A stretch of DNA of 64,000 bases, taken from IMG/VR virus record IMGVR_UViG_2890351070_000001, positions 1-64,000 of that record. The stretch is one strand, 5' to 3'. The stretch comes from a virus (Duplodnaviria; Caudoviricetes). Positions within the stretch are counted from its first letter, which is position 1; each line of letters starts with the position of its first letter. A program made the translations under genes and the position numbers. Below are positions 39,322-47,670 of the stretch, piece by piece. The notes under the pieces are model-generated. The model was not told the origin of the DNA and did not search any database. It was given only the letters and a program-made list of their open reading frames with translations.

Positions 39322-39918
39322 TTAAGAAACTTTCTTCAACGCTTGAACGATAACCCTTTGCATCTTAGTTTTTTCGGTTTCATCCAAAAATACTTTTATG
39401 CCCTCTTTAATAGCCTCTTCTTTTGTCTCTGTAGGCATGTGGATACCTTCTTTATCGAGGACATACTGTAGTGCTTCTGCAGCAATGACTTCTAAATCAG
39501 GCTCAGATTTCATTCTTTTGGGTAGTGATTTTGCTCGTGCAACCAATTCTCCCAATTTCATCCCTACTTTAAGTGTGTCGTCTTCTGTCGCACAGTATGT
39601 GTCTAGCTCATCTATTATGGGGCTGAGATCTGCTCCGGATAACAAAATACCTTCTTCGAACAGAGCTTGAAGGAAAGTAACTCTTGTACTCCTGTCGGTA
39701 GCCATAAAAAGGAGTTCTGTCTCCTTTGATGAGCCGGGTAGGAGATCAGTAGGAGTCACATCAAGTGCCGCGGAAATGCGTAGCATCCATGATTGGGTTA
39801 GTTGGCGTTCACCTCTTTCTAGTTTGGCGACTTGGGATCTGCCAGAGCCAATTTTTTCTGCGAGGTCAGTCTGAGAAAGGCCTGCGGCTTCTCGTAGTTG
39901 TTTGATTTTATTCTCCAT
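39322..39918 (-). CDS. cI: Prophage repressor (Xre HTH, no S24 peptidase domain)
   Basis: IKQLREAAGLSQTDLAEKIGSGRSQVAKLERGER; divergent from cro. Confidence 0.85.
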   Translation of the reverse strand: MENKIKQLREAAGLSQTDLAEKIGSGRSQVAKLERGERQLTQSWMLRISAALDVTPTDLLPGSSKETELLFMATDRSTRVTFLQALFEEGILLSGADLSPIIDELDTYCATEDDTLKVGMKLGELVARAKSLPKRMKSEPDLEVIAAEALQYVLDKEGIHMPTETKEEAIKEGIKVFLDETEKTKMQRVIVQALKKVS

Positions 39919-39919
39919 A

Positions 39920-40007
39920 TTGCCAATGTGGCCCATTTCTTTCCATCAAAAAAGATCCAATGTGGGTACATTTTTCATTGACTAATTGTTCCCAATATGG
40001 GTACATG
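39920..40007 (+). promoter_or_regulatory. OR operators and pR promoter
   Basis: CCCAATATGGGTACA at 39991 is the reverse complement of the OL site; degenerate copies at 39954 and 39920; TTGACT-N18-TACATG. Confidence 0.8.
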
Positions 40008-40013
40008 CTGTTT

Positions 40014-40223
40014 ATGACAAAATTCAAAACGTACCTAAAGACTCACAAAATGACTGCGAAAAGCTTTGCCAAACTGATGCCTGTAAAGACAACGGCATTT
40101 GCCGTGAGGAAATGGGCTAGGGGAGAGCGTATTCCTCAAGGAAAAAGAATGGATGCAGTTGTTAGGGTCACCAACGGTGCAGTCCAACCCAATGACTTCT
40201 ACGACACAGGAGAAAGCGTATGA
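40014..40223 (+). CDS. cro: Cro-like regulator
   Basis: YL.....T...FA, V.KW..G.RIP, TNGAVQPNDFY. Confidence 0.85.
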   Translation: MTKFKTYLKTHKMTAKSFAKLMPVKTTAFAVRKWARGERIPQGKRMDAVVRVTNGAVQPNDFYDTGESV

Positions 40224-40237
40224 GTAGGGCATGCTTT

Positions 40238-40900
40238 TCATTCCTCAGCTGCAGCTTTCTCGGCATCAACCCGCTCCTGCCGCAACCTGATCATTTCAGG
40301 AAGTGTGTAGATATAGGTCATGACCATTTTAGTGAGAAACCCAAGCTCTTTGGCTTCATTCACTGTAAACGGGTCTTCATCATGAACGGCATCATTCCCT
40401 CCAAGCCTAACATGATGGGAAAAGTCCCCAAGCTCTTCTGTCAACAAACCTTGGTTGACGAGCTTCTTCAGGCGAGAAGCCAAAAGTCCTTCTATTTCTG
40501 GAAACCGAATCTTCAACCCCACATCAAGAGCCTTACGGTACATAGCGCCCGCAGCATCAGCATGTTGCTGAAGAATACTCTCGGCCTGAAGGTAATAGTG
40601 CTCAACATTCTCAGGCATATGATCTGGAAGATCAGGCTCGTGTGGAGTTGGATAGAAACCCCTCAAATGTACTCTATCAAGAGCTTGAGCGACGGCAACA
40701 GCAGGAAAAGTACATTCTGGGTTTCCGCACATCAAGAACCACGCAGAGGTATTTCTGTGATTGATAGAATCAAAGAAATCAAATTTGCCCTTTATCTCAA
40801 ATCCAGAATTCTTTGTTCCACAATGCGGGCAATCGTGAGGAAAAGTTGCCATGTCTAATTCATCCCAATCACTAATGTATTTCGCTAATTCTATCGACAT
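40238..40900 (-). CDS. DUF4145 (HEPN-like) protein with Zn ribbon; start may be 40852
   Basis: CPHC...CGNPEC; AAGAMYRKALD; R..GNDAVH. Confidence 0.8.
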   Translation of the reverse strand: MSIELAKYISDWDELDMATFPHDCPHCGTKNSGFEIKGKFDFFDSINHRNTSAWFLMCGNPECTFPAVAVAQALDRVHLRGFYPTPHEPDLPDHMPENVEHYYLQAESILQQHADAAGAMYRKALDVGLKIRFPEIEGLLASRLKKLVNQGLLTEELGDFSHHVRLGGNDAVHDEDPFTVNEAKELGFLTKMVMTYIYTLPEMIRLRQERVDAEKAAAEE

Positions 40901-41319
40901 GACGTTGCGAAGCCAACAAGGATCTGGGGAGAAAATAGCAGAACTACTCAACTTACATGAGAAAGCCCCTGAAAGTGATCGGTTTGCATGTACCTGTGCA
41001 TTGGTTACTGCGCTCATTAGTTCTTACGACACCCCAAAGAACCCCGGAAGCTCAGCCGCATGACGCATAAGCCCGTTCTCGATGCAGGACAGTTGGCTGA
41101 TAGCAAGCTCGGCCTGACGTGCTGTGGCGAAATCAGCAATGTCTCTGGACTGTGCTTGAAGGTCTTGGAGCCTGAACATAGCCGCACTGATTGTATCGAG
41201 CGTGGGCCTGATGCAGTTGGCGTCGTTTCTCATTTTTATTCCCTGATGGTTGCTGCGTTGGTGCTAACCATGACGGGTGAAAATTCAAAAATCTATTGTA
41301 ACTCAAGGGCGTTATTTCA

Positions 41320-41799
41320 ATGACGATGCAGAAAACCAGACTGCCAGATACGTTTGAAGATGCTGTTGTAAAGGTCATGGCAGAGCTTACCGCTGATGGA
41401 TGCGGGCAGGTCATTGGCAAATCTGCAAGCCTCATACGCCAAGCCGCAGATCCAGACGCAGAGCATCAGTTAAATCTAAAGCAGGGCTTGCAACTGGATG
41501 TTGCTTACGTGATGGCAACAGGCAAAGAACCGACAATTCTAACTGCGTATCGACGTCAATTATCAAGTGTTGCAGCCCCAAAGCATGAGCCTTGTGAGCG
41601 CACGGACCGTATAGCGACTTTCGCGAAGGAAGCAGGTGAGGGGTTGTCTGCTTACTCCCTTCTGAAAGGCGAATATGTATCGCACAACGATGGCGCTGTT
41701 GCCTTGAAGGAACTGTCTGAACTTGAAGACGTAATCAAGCTCATGAAGAGAGACATTGAGACGGCTATGGGGATCGATCCTCTTAAGGTTGTTGACTGA
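41320..41799 (+). CDS. CII-like phage regulatory protein
   Basis: Position after cro; GKS...IR...DPD and KE.GE motifs. Confidence 0.6.
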   Translation: MTMQKTRLPDTFEDAVVKVMAELTADGCGQVIGKSASLIRQAADPDAEHQLNLKQGLQLDVAYVMATGKEPTILTAYRRQLSSVAAPKHEPCERTDRIATFAKEAGEGLSAYSLLKGEYVSHNDGAVALKELSELEDVIKLMKRDIETAMGIDPLKVVD

Positions 41800-41952
41800 T
41801 TTCTGATTTTCGACGCCGCCTGTGTTCGTGGCGGTCTCCCTCAGCATTGGAGTGCTGTGAATAACGAACAGGGGGCTTTTATCTGGTCCCAGCATACCAA
41901 AGCCTGATGACTTAATTGGGCCAAAGATAGCTTAACTGCCTCAGAGGTGAGC

Positions 41953-42099
41953 AGAGAAGTGCCAGAGTCCGGTTAAATGGGCTGCCAGTGGGATTTTAAA
42001 CGACGGTGTTAAGGCTTTTCTAGTGAGCCGTAATGCCCGGCCCCAGTATTGCAGTTGGGAGGAAATGCCCTTTCGTTGGTTCGAACCCAACCTTCTCTG
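41953..42099 (+). ncRNA. tRNA-like RNA with extended anticodon arm
   Basis: Acceptor stem AGAGAAG/CTTCTCT, D arm CCA..GG..TGG, T arm GTTGG-TTCGAAC-CCAAC; 65-nt structured insert replaces the anticodon loop. Confidence 0.7.
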
Positions 42100-42170
42100 T
42101 TCTCCTGTGAAGCAGTTCACAACATACAGCGCCAGTGACCGCTATATGCCTGGAGCCTCCCTGTTAACTA

Positions 42171-42205
42171 TGCCGGGGAAGGGTGTTCGCCCCGGCAGCT
42201 TTTTT
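42171..42205 (+). terminator. tR-like terminator
   Basis: tgccgggg/ccccggca plus T-tract. Confidence 0.65.
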
Positions 42206-42210
42206 GAGGA

Positions 42211-42468
42211 ATGAGAATGATGAAATACATCGCAAAAGATAAGAACGGAACAGTTCTAAGCAAAGGCGACAAGATCAAACACGTCTTCCCAGCTTATGTA
42301 AATGACGCCACCGGAACCGTTGTTAACCCCGTTCCGAACGCCCCTTCTGATGGGTTTGATGGCGAGCGATATGTTGCTGACGTCGTTGGGCCCAATGCAG
42401 TGCGGGTCGTCTCAGCAAGCAGACGCATTCCTGTTTACGGATCAGTTTACGTTGAAAAGGTGGCGTGA
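42211..42468 (+). CDS. Hypothetical phage protein
   Basis: GAGGA RBS; coupled operon. Confidence 0.55.
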   Translation: MRMMKYIAKDKNGTVLSKGDKIKHVFPAYVNDATGTVVNPVPNAPSDGFDGERYVADVVGPNAVRVVSASRRIPVYGSVYVEKVA

Positions 42469-42800
42469 TGCTTACAGAAGAAACCAGCCCAACCCAACAC
42501 CTCGAAGGACAGGAAGAGGCGTTTAAGACAACAGAAATGCGACCAGAGACGAGCTTGAACGCAATCAACGGCGTCACGGCTGATCGTCTCCGCGGGTTTA
42601 TCGAGAGAATTGAGCGTCTGGAAGAAGAGAAAAAGGGCATCACTGACGACATCAAGGAAATCTATGCGGAAAGTAAGGCCCTCGGTTTCAACACCAAGAT
42701 AATGCGCAAAATCGTGTCGCTTCGGAAGCTCGAACAGCAGGACCGGATGGAGCTAGAAGAGCTTATTGATGTTTATAAGCATGCTTTGGGAATGGTGTGA
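42465..42800 (+). CDS. gapR: GapR/DUF2312 nucleoid-associated protein homolog
   Basis: RLRGFIERIERLEEEKK.I.DDIKEIYAESK..GF..KIMRKIV.LRK. Confidence 0.9.
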   Translation: MMLTEETSPTQHLEGQEEAFKTTEMRPETSLNAINGVTADRLRGFIERIERLEEEKKGITDDIKEIYAESKALGFNTKIMRKIVSLRKLEQQDRMELEELIDVYKHALGMV

Positions 42801-43676
42801 TGCTCAAAGTTCTCGATCTCTTCTCAGGCATAGGTGGCTTCTCTCTTGGTCTTGAACGAACAGGCGGTTTTAAAACCGTGGCCTTTTGCGAGATTGAGGA
42901 ATATCCCCGCAAGGTTTTGGCGAAACACTGGCCTAATGTGCCGATCTATAAGGACGTTCGAAATGTCAACGCAAAGCAGCTTCTTGCCGATGGAGTTACC
43001 GCTGATGTCGTTACAGGAGGCTTCCCTTGTCAAGACCTCAGCACAGCAGGAAAGCAAGCTGGCATTGAAGCCGAACGATCCGGTCTATGGTCCGAACTCT
43101 GCCGAGTTATTGGCGATGTTAGACCCAAATACGCAATCGTGGAGAACGTCGCAAACCTGCTTAGTGGCCCTAGCGAACAACGAGGCGGATGGTTTGGGCG
43201 TGTTCTCGGAGACTTGGCCTCGATCGGGTATGATGCGGAATGGCATTGCATACCGGCTGCCGCCGTTGGTGCCCCTCACAGGAGAGATCGGGCTTGGATT
43301 ATTGCCTACCCCAAGAGCAAACGATGCTCACAAGCGGGGGAACTTCAACATAGAAGAACCCAGGAACGGATTTCCGGCAGCGGTAAAGCGAGTGTTCTTA
43401 CCGACAATCTCAAAGAACGAATTCAAGGGAGCAAGTCGCGATCGTTATCGGGGGGGGGGAGCATTTTCGTGGTGCCAAAATGTCAGAAGGGCTGAGGAAC
43501 TGCGAGGAAGATCCGATATACCTGAACCCCTGTTTTGCGGAAGTCGTGATGGGATTCCCAATTGGGTGGAGCGACTTGAAGGATGCGGTAACGCCGTAGT
43601 TCCTCAAATCCCCGAACTTATCGGTTACGCAATCCTTGACGTTGATGCAGCCCGTACAGCAGAGGCAGCGGAATAA
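42797..43676 (+). pseudogene. C5 cytosine methyltransferase alpha chain, frameshifted at G10 (43450-43459)
   Basis: DLFSGIGG, GGFPCQ, ENV and HRRDR in one frame; motif X GNAVVPQ in another; G9 rejoins them. Confidence 0.85.
42963..43599 (+). pseudogene. Nested alternative-frame methyltransferase beta chain, broken by the same G tract
   Basis: SWRTSQ..TWPRSGMMRNG..LLPTP before the tract; LNPCFAEVVMGFPIGW after it. Confidence 0.7.
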
Positions 43677-44128
43677 TGCTCTCCTCAATCCTCAAGCTCC
43701 TGACCCACAATAGCAAGCTCTCAAGCCGAGCATATAACCGCCTCGGCCCAGAAGACAAGCTCGCCGTTAAAGTCGCCGCAGCATTACGCGAATGGTCACT
43801 GTCGGGTCGGCTTGAGGGTGTCTGGACGCATCCTCCGCATGAAGTAGCCGGCGGCACAAAAGGCGCAGCAGTCAAGTACGCAATCGCTTGTGCTATGGGC
43901 ATGATTACAGGCGCTCCTGATTACCTGTTTATCTCAAGTCACGGCGGGGCCTTGATCGAGCTTAAAAGCAAGACAGGGCGATTAAACGACAATCAGAAGA
44001 ATTTCAAAGCATGGGCCGAGAAACACAACGTTCCATATGCGCTTTGCCGATCACTGGATGAGGTCGAGGCGTTTCTTTGTGATGTTGGGTTATTGGCTCC
44101 ATTGGCAGGATATGGGAGGGCGGCGTGA
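43676..44128 (+). CDS. VRR-NUC family nuclease
   Basis: GM..GAPD...IELKSKTGRL...Q..F. Confidence 0.85.
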   Translation: MLSSILKLLTHNSKLSSRAYNRLGPEDKLAVKVAAALREWSLSGRLEGVWTHPPHEVAGGTKGAAVKYAIACAMGMITGAPDYLFISSHGGALIELKSKTGRLNDNQKNFKAWAEKHNVPYALCRSLDEVEAFLCDVGLLAPLAGYGRAA

Positions 44129-44303
44129 AACGTAACGACTGGAAGAAACACCATGCGAGGCTTCAAGAAGTGACAGAGTCCGGAGATACCAGAGGCATTC
44201 ACGATGCTTGGAAAAAACTCCGTCAGTCCACAACACAGAAGCTGATAGACGAAATGCCGCTGACCTCAAAGATACGCTTGAGTGTTAGCCGAATGACGAG
44301 GGG

Positions 44304-44714
44304 GTGAGTATGAGTGATCAAGCTTTGCAAACAGAGTCAAACCTAGTCGAAACACTTTATGATCGAGGCGTTCTCGGGCTTAAAGATAGCAGGGATCGTC
44401 GCGCAGAACGGCGTAGGGATGATGCTCTTTGGTTGATGGAGCTGTACGAATTTCTCTACCACCCTAAAGACGCTGCCCGTTACGAACCTTTCTCCAATCA
44501 TGCCAAAGGCTACGGCGCAGAAATGAGTGACGAAGAGGCTGAACTGCGTTCGCTTTATCATCGCTACCTGCGCGGCTTGCCTGCCTCTATCACTCAGTCG
44601 CTTCGCTTTCTTTGTAAGGATCAGCAAATGCCCCGAAAGCAGATAGCGCCACTTGCTGAATGCTTGGATCAGTTGAGTGATTTTAGAAAATCAGAAGAGA
44701 AGAGGGGCGGGTGA
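44304..44714 (+). CDS. Paralog of 47120-47578
   Basis: Shares LYDRGVLG, LWLMELY, EMSDEE, LRF.CKDQ. Confidence 0.7.
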   Translation: MSMSDQALQTESNLVETLYDRGVLGLKDSRDRRAERRRDDALWLMELYEFLYHPKDAARYEPFSNHAKGYGAEMSDEEAELRSLYHRYLRGLPASITQSLRFLCKDQQMPRKQIAPLAECLDQLSDFRKSEEKRGG

Positions 44715-44941
44715 TGGAAGCTAAAGCAAAGACAAAGATCAAAAGCAGTGGGTATGCCGGACTGGATATTATCAGAGGGCGTCATGGGCTTAAAAGACGA
44801 CTACTCAAGGGCGAGAAGGTTTTCTTTGATGTGAGGGTTCAAGTCGATCCTGATCCTCGCGCATGGAGTGATGATGGCACCTCAATAGAGTTTGGTTGCA
44901 TCGTCCTCGATGTTGATGAGGTGGAGCAGCCGAATGACTGA
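44711..44941 (+). CDS. Hypothetical phage protein
   Basis: Coupled ORF. Confidence 0.5.
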   Translation: MMEAKAKTKIKSSGYAGLDIIRGRHGLKRRLLKGEKVFFDVRVQVDPDPRAWSDDGTSIEFGCIVLDVDEVEQPND

Positions 44942-44969
44942 GAAAATCAATATGCTAGAGGTTGAGGAT

Positions 44970-45299
44970 TTACTTACAGGGCCAAGACTTAGTGAACCAA
45001 ACCACCATCAACTCGAGGGATGGTTTGCTACGTTCTTTAGGGTTTTCACTCAAATTTTTCATAACGAGTTTTTTTACTTGTTCGTTACTAATGTCGCTTG
45101 GAGGGCAAATATATTCATTGAATTCAAGGGTGTCGTAGACCGCTCGTATGGGAATATCGCAATCTTCTTTCCCTGCATTACATGCGTGAAAAAGGTCATT
45201 TCCGCTATCGTTTTTATCTGCATAAGCAGAACCACTGAGACAAATGATGATGATAGCAAACAATATTACTGGAACTCTGAAGGGATCTTTAGTGCTCAT
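44970..45299 (-). CDS. Rap1a/Tai-like immunity family secreted protein
   Basis: Signal peptide; GNDL...C, C.P, Q....V..., NP, and terminal WPC. Confidence 0.7.
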   Translation of the reverse strand: MSTKDPFRVPVILFAIIIICLSGSAYADKNDSGNDLFHACNAGKEDCDIPIRAVYDTLEFNEYICPPSDISNEQVKKLVMKNLSENPKERSKPSLELMVVWFTKSWPCK

Positions 45300-45337
45300 G
45301 GTGTTGTCCTGTCAGGGGAGGTTGCGTGATGCGAAAG

Positions 45338-45853
45338 TTATTTACGGATTACAGTAAACAAAAAGACTTTCTTACTTTCAGCCGTAGCCCAGTATTTAAA
45401 CTCTCTGAATTCCTTTTCTGCTCTTTTAATTTGCCCAGATGTAACTGGTTTAACCGTGTGTCTAACGATATTTTTCAATTCGTCGGAGGTCAAAGAAGGG
45501 TCGATAAGAGATATTACATTTATGGCGAGCAGGAGAAACTTGTTTCTATCCCCGCTAACTACCGTAGCGGAACCAGTGAGATCAGAGTATTTTTGCCCTC
45601 TGGTAAACCTTACACTATCGTTGTTCAAGTGATAGCTGCAATAGGATTCAGATCCCGCTTCGCACTTTTTGTCTGTAATTTTATAATCCAAAGAGAGTCT
45701 TTGGGTCAGCTCTGTGAAAGTGCTCTCAAACTTATTGAAATCAACTTCTTCTTTTCCTTGGTTATCCGCATAAGCAGAGCTTATGAAAGTACACAAAGTA
45801 ATAGCGAAGAGTGCTTTAAAAATAAACTTCATATCAATTCCCCCATTACTCAA
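45338..45853 (-). CDS. Secreted hypothetical protein
   Basis: Signal peptide ending SAYA, like its neighbour. Confidence 0.6.
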   Translation of the reverse strand: MSNGGIDMKFIFKALFAITLCTFISSAYADNQGKEEVDFNKFESTFTELTQRLSLDYKITDKKCEAGSESYCSYHLNNDSVRFTRGQKYSDLTGSATVVSGDRNKFLLLAINVISLIDPSLTSDELKNIVRHTVKPVTSGQIKRAEKEFREFKYWATAESKKVFLFTVIRK

Positions 45854-45925
45854 ACTCTCCCAAAAGGACTCTCACAGTGTCTAGAGGTATTTGATTTTGA
45901 TAGCAGAAAAGCGGGGGTTTGGTAG

Positions 45926-46798
45926 ATGGCTGAAGGCTGGATGCAGCTTCATCGACAGTTAGTCGAGTGGGAATGGTATACGGATGCGAATACGTTTCGT
46001 GTGTTCATGCATATCCTGCTTAACGCAAATCATAGTGAAAATAGCTGGCGTGGAGTGGTCATTAAACCGGGTCAATTTGTTACCGGAAGAAAGGCATTAG
46101 CCAAAGATTTAGGGCTTTCTGAACAACAGATACGCACCACCCTAAACAACCTGCAATCAACCAGCGAAATAACCATCAAAACAACTAACAAATATTCAAT
46201 AATATCAATAGTTAAATGGTCAGAGTATCAGGGTAAGCAACCAGCAGAAAAACCTGCAATCAACCAGCCAGATAACCAACAATCAACCACAAACAATAAT
46301 GATAATAATTTTAATAATATAATACCCCCTATTAATCCCCCACAAAAAACACCTGAAAAAACAAAGCCGAAATCTAAGCCCAAGACTTACCGACTACCGG
46401 AAGACTGGAAGCTTTGTGATGAAGGCATCAAGTTCGCCCGAGAAAAAGGAATGACCGATGATGAGATCAGAACCACAGCGGAAGAATTCAAACTCTACTG
46501 GCTTGACCAGAGCACCAAGCGTCCGGGGTGGCACAGAACTTGGTGCCGTTGGATCATCAAAAAATGCGAAAGTCGTGGCGCGTCTTTTGGCAGCAAGTCC
46601 ACAGGACAACGACAAGGCGGTAATGACGTCCTTGGAGCGTACACTCGGGTGCTCGATAGGGCTGAAGCGAAAGACGCTCTTTCCGAAGAACGGCGGAATA
46701 GTGGAGGTGATCGAGAAAGTGACAATCCATGGGAAACCTACGACGGATCAGCTAACGGAGGCATTGGACATTCTGAAATCATCGACAACGCCACTTAG
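45926..46798 (+). CDS. Phage replication initiator (O-like) with internal origin
   Basis: GW..LHR...EW.WY and GQF.TGR..LA HTH; DnaT-like RLP.DW...F..YW C-terminus. Confidence 0.85.
   Translation: MAEGWMQLHRQLVEWEWYTDANTFRVFMHILLNANHSENSWRGVVIKPGQFVTGRKALAKDLGLSEQQIRTTLNNLQSTSEITIKTTNKYSIISIVKWSEYQGKQPAEKPAINQPDNQQSTTNNNDNNFNNIIPPINPPQKTPEKTKPKSKPKTYRLPEDWKLCDEGIKFAREKGMTDDEIRTTAEEFKLYWLDQSTKRPGWHRTWCRWIIKKCESRGASFGSKSTGQRQGGNDVLGAYTRVLDRAEAKDALSEERRNSGGDRESDNPWETYDGSANGGIGHSEIIDNAT
46148..46325 (+). repeat. Iterons and AT-rich tract (putative phage ori)
   Basis: aacctgcaatcaaccagc at 46148 and 46251; partial copies near 46238 and 46280; AT-rich 46290-46325. Confidence 0.7.
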
Positions 46799-47123
46799 CC
46801 AAGTTGAAATCACCAAAGGCTTGATGAAACTCAGAGCGCTGACAGCAACCAGAAATGAACAAGCTGGAATGGTAGAAATCCAACTAGATACCTACGCCGA
46901 AGAACTTGGAGCTTGTGCTGCTGATTGCACAGCTTATGCGCTTAAACAAGCGGGGAAAGAAAAGTGGTGGCCTACGTGGTCCGAACTATTGGCTCATCTG
47001 AATGAAGTTGATCAGGTTCGCAAGATCCTAACACGGGAAATGGAAAAACAATTGAGTATTGTGAACACGGATCGAGAGCCAGGTATGCACAGTTTCGGTG
47101 AATTGATGAAAGCGGAGGGGTGA
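46623..47123 (+). CDS. Putative helicase-loader-like protein (start uncertain)
   Basis: Follows the initiator; Y...L, KWWPT.SEL motif. Confidence 0.55.
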   Translation: MTSLERTLGCSIGLKRKTLFPKNGGIVEVIEKVTIHGKPTTDQLTEALDILKSSTTPLSQVEITKGLMKLRALTATRNEQAGMVEIQLDTYAEELGACAADCTAYALKQAGKEKWWPTWSELLAHLNEVDQVRKILTREMEKQLSIVNTDREPGMHSFGELMKAEG

Positions 47124-47578
47124 GGGTGAATAAACTCGAAATTGTTACCAACGAACGCAGGCAACACGACAAACTTCGTGCAGGTCATGACACGATCCAT
47201 GTGGAAAACTCAACCCTGATCGAAAAGCTTTATGATCGCGGGGTTCTGGGGGCTAAGGGTGCGCCGGGGAAAAAAGCAGAGCAGCGTAGAGATCATGGTT
47301 TATGGCTGATGGAGCTTTACGCTGATGTGTACCGTTCTGAGGGTGTGGCTAAGTATCAACCTCCCGGTACAGGTGGTGGTAGTTACGAGATGAGCGATGA
47401 GGAAGACAGAATACACACGCTTTATCGCAGGTATTTAAGAACACTCCCGCCAGTGGTGACGCAGACGCTGAGGTTCGTGTGTAAGGATCAGTCGTTGCCC
47501 AGACTGATGAGTGTCCCAATTACTGATTGTCTGGATAAGTTAGGGGAGTTTCGGAAGGCGGAGAGGGAGAAAAGGTGA
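47120..47578 (+). CDS. Putative late-gene regulator (Q position)
   Basis: Last early gene before the packaging module; function inferred from position. Confidence 0.55.
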   Translation: MRVNKLEIVTNERRQHDKLRAGHDTIHVENSTLIEKLYDRGVLGAKGAPGKKAEQRRDHGLWLMELYADVYRSEGVAKYQPPGTGGGSYEMSDEEDRIHTLYRRYLRTLPPVVTQTLRFVCKDQSLPRLMSVPITDCLDKLGEFRKAEREKR

Positions 47579-47670
47579 TCATTTAGTTTGGTTTGTATTT
47601 GATATAATATTCAGTTGGTGCATTATTCTGTTGTGGCAACTTATAGTAGATTTATTTGAGGGGATAAATA

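Noticed and set aside
40220-40858. 212-aa plus-strand ORF after cro
   Set aside because: Shadow of the DUF4145 gene on the minus strand; no recognisable motifs
42018-42024. Idea that the CUA loop suppresses the antirepressor stop
   Set aside because: That stop is TAA, which CUA does not read, and the extended arm is unlikely to fit the ribosomal A site
44892-45925. Plus-strand ORFs 44892-45329 and 45326-45925
   Set aside because: Mostly antisense shadows of two signal-peptide genes, although they are coupled in the operon and cannot be fully excluded
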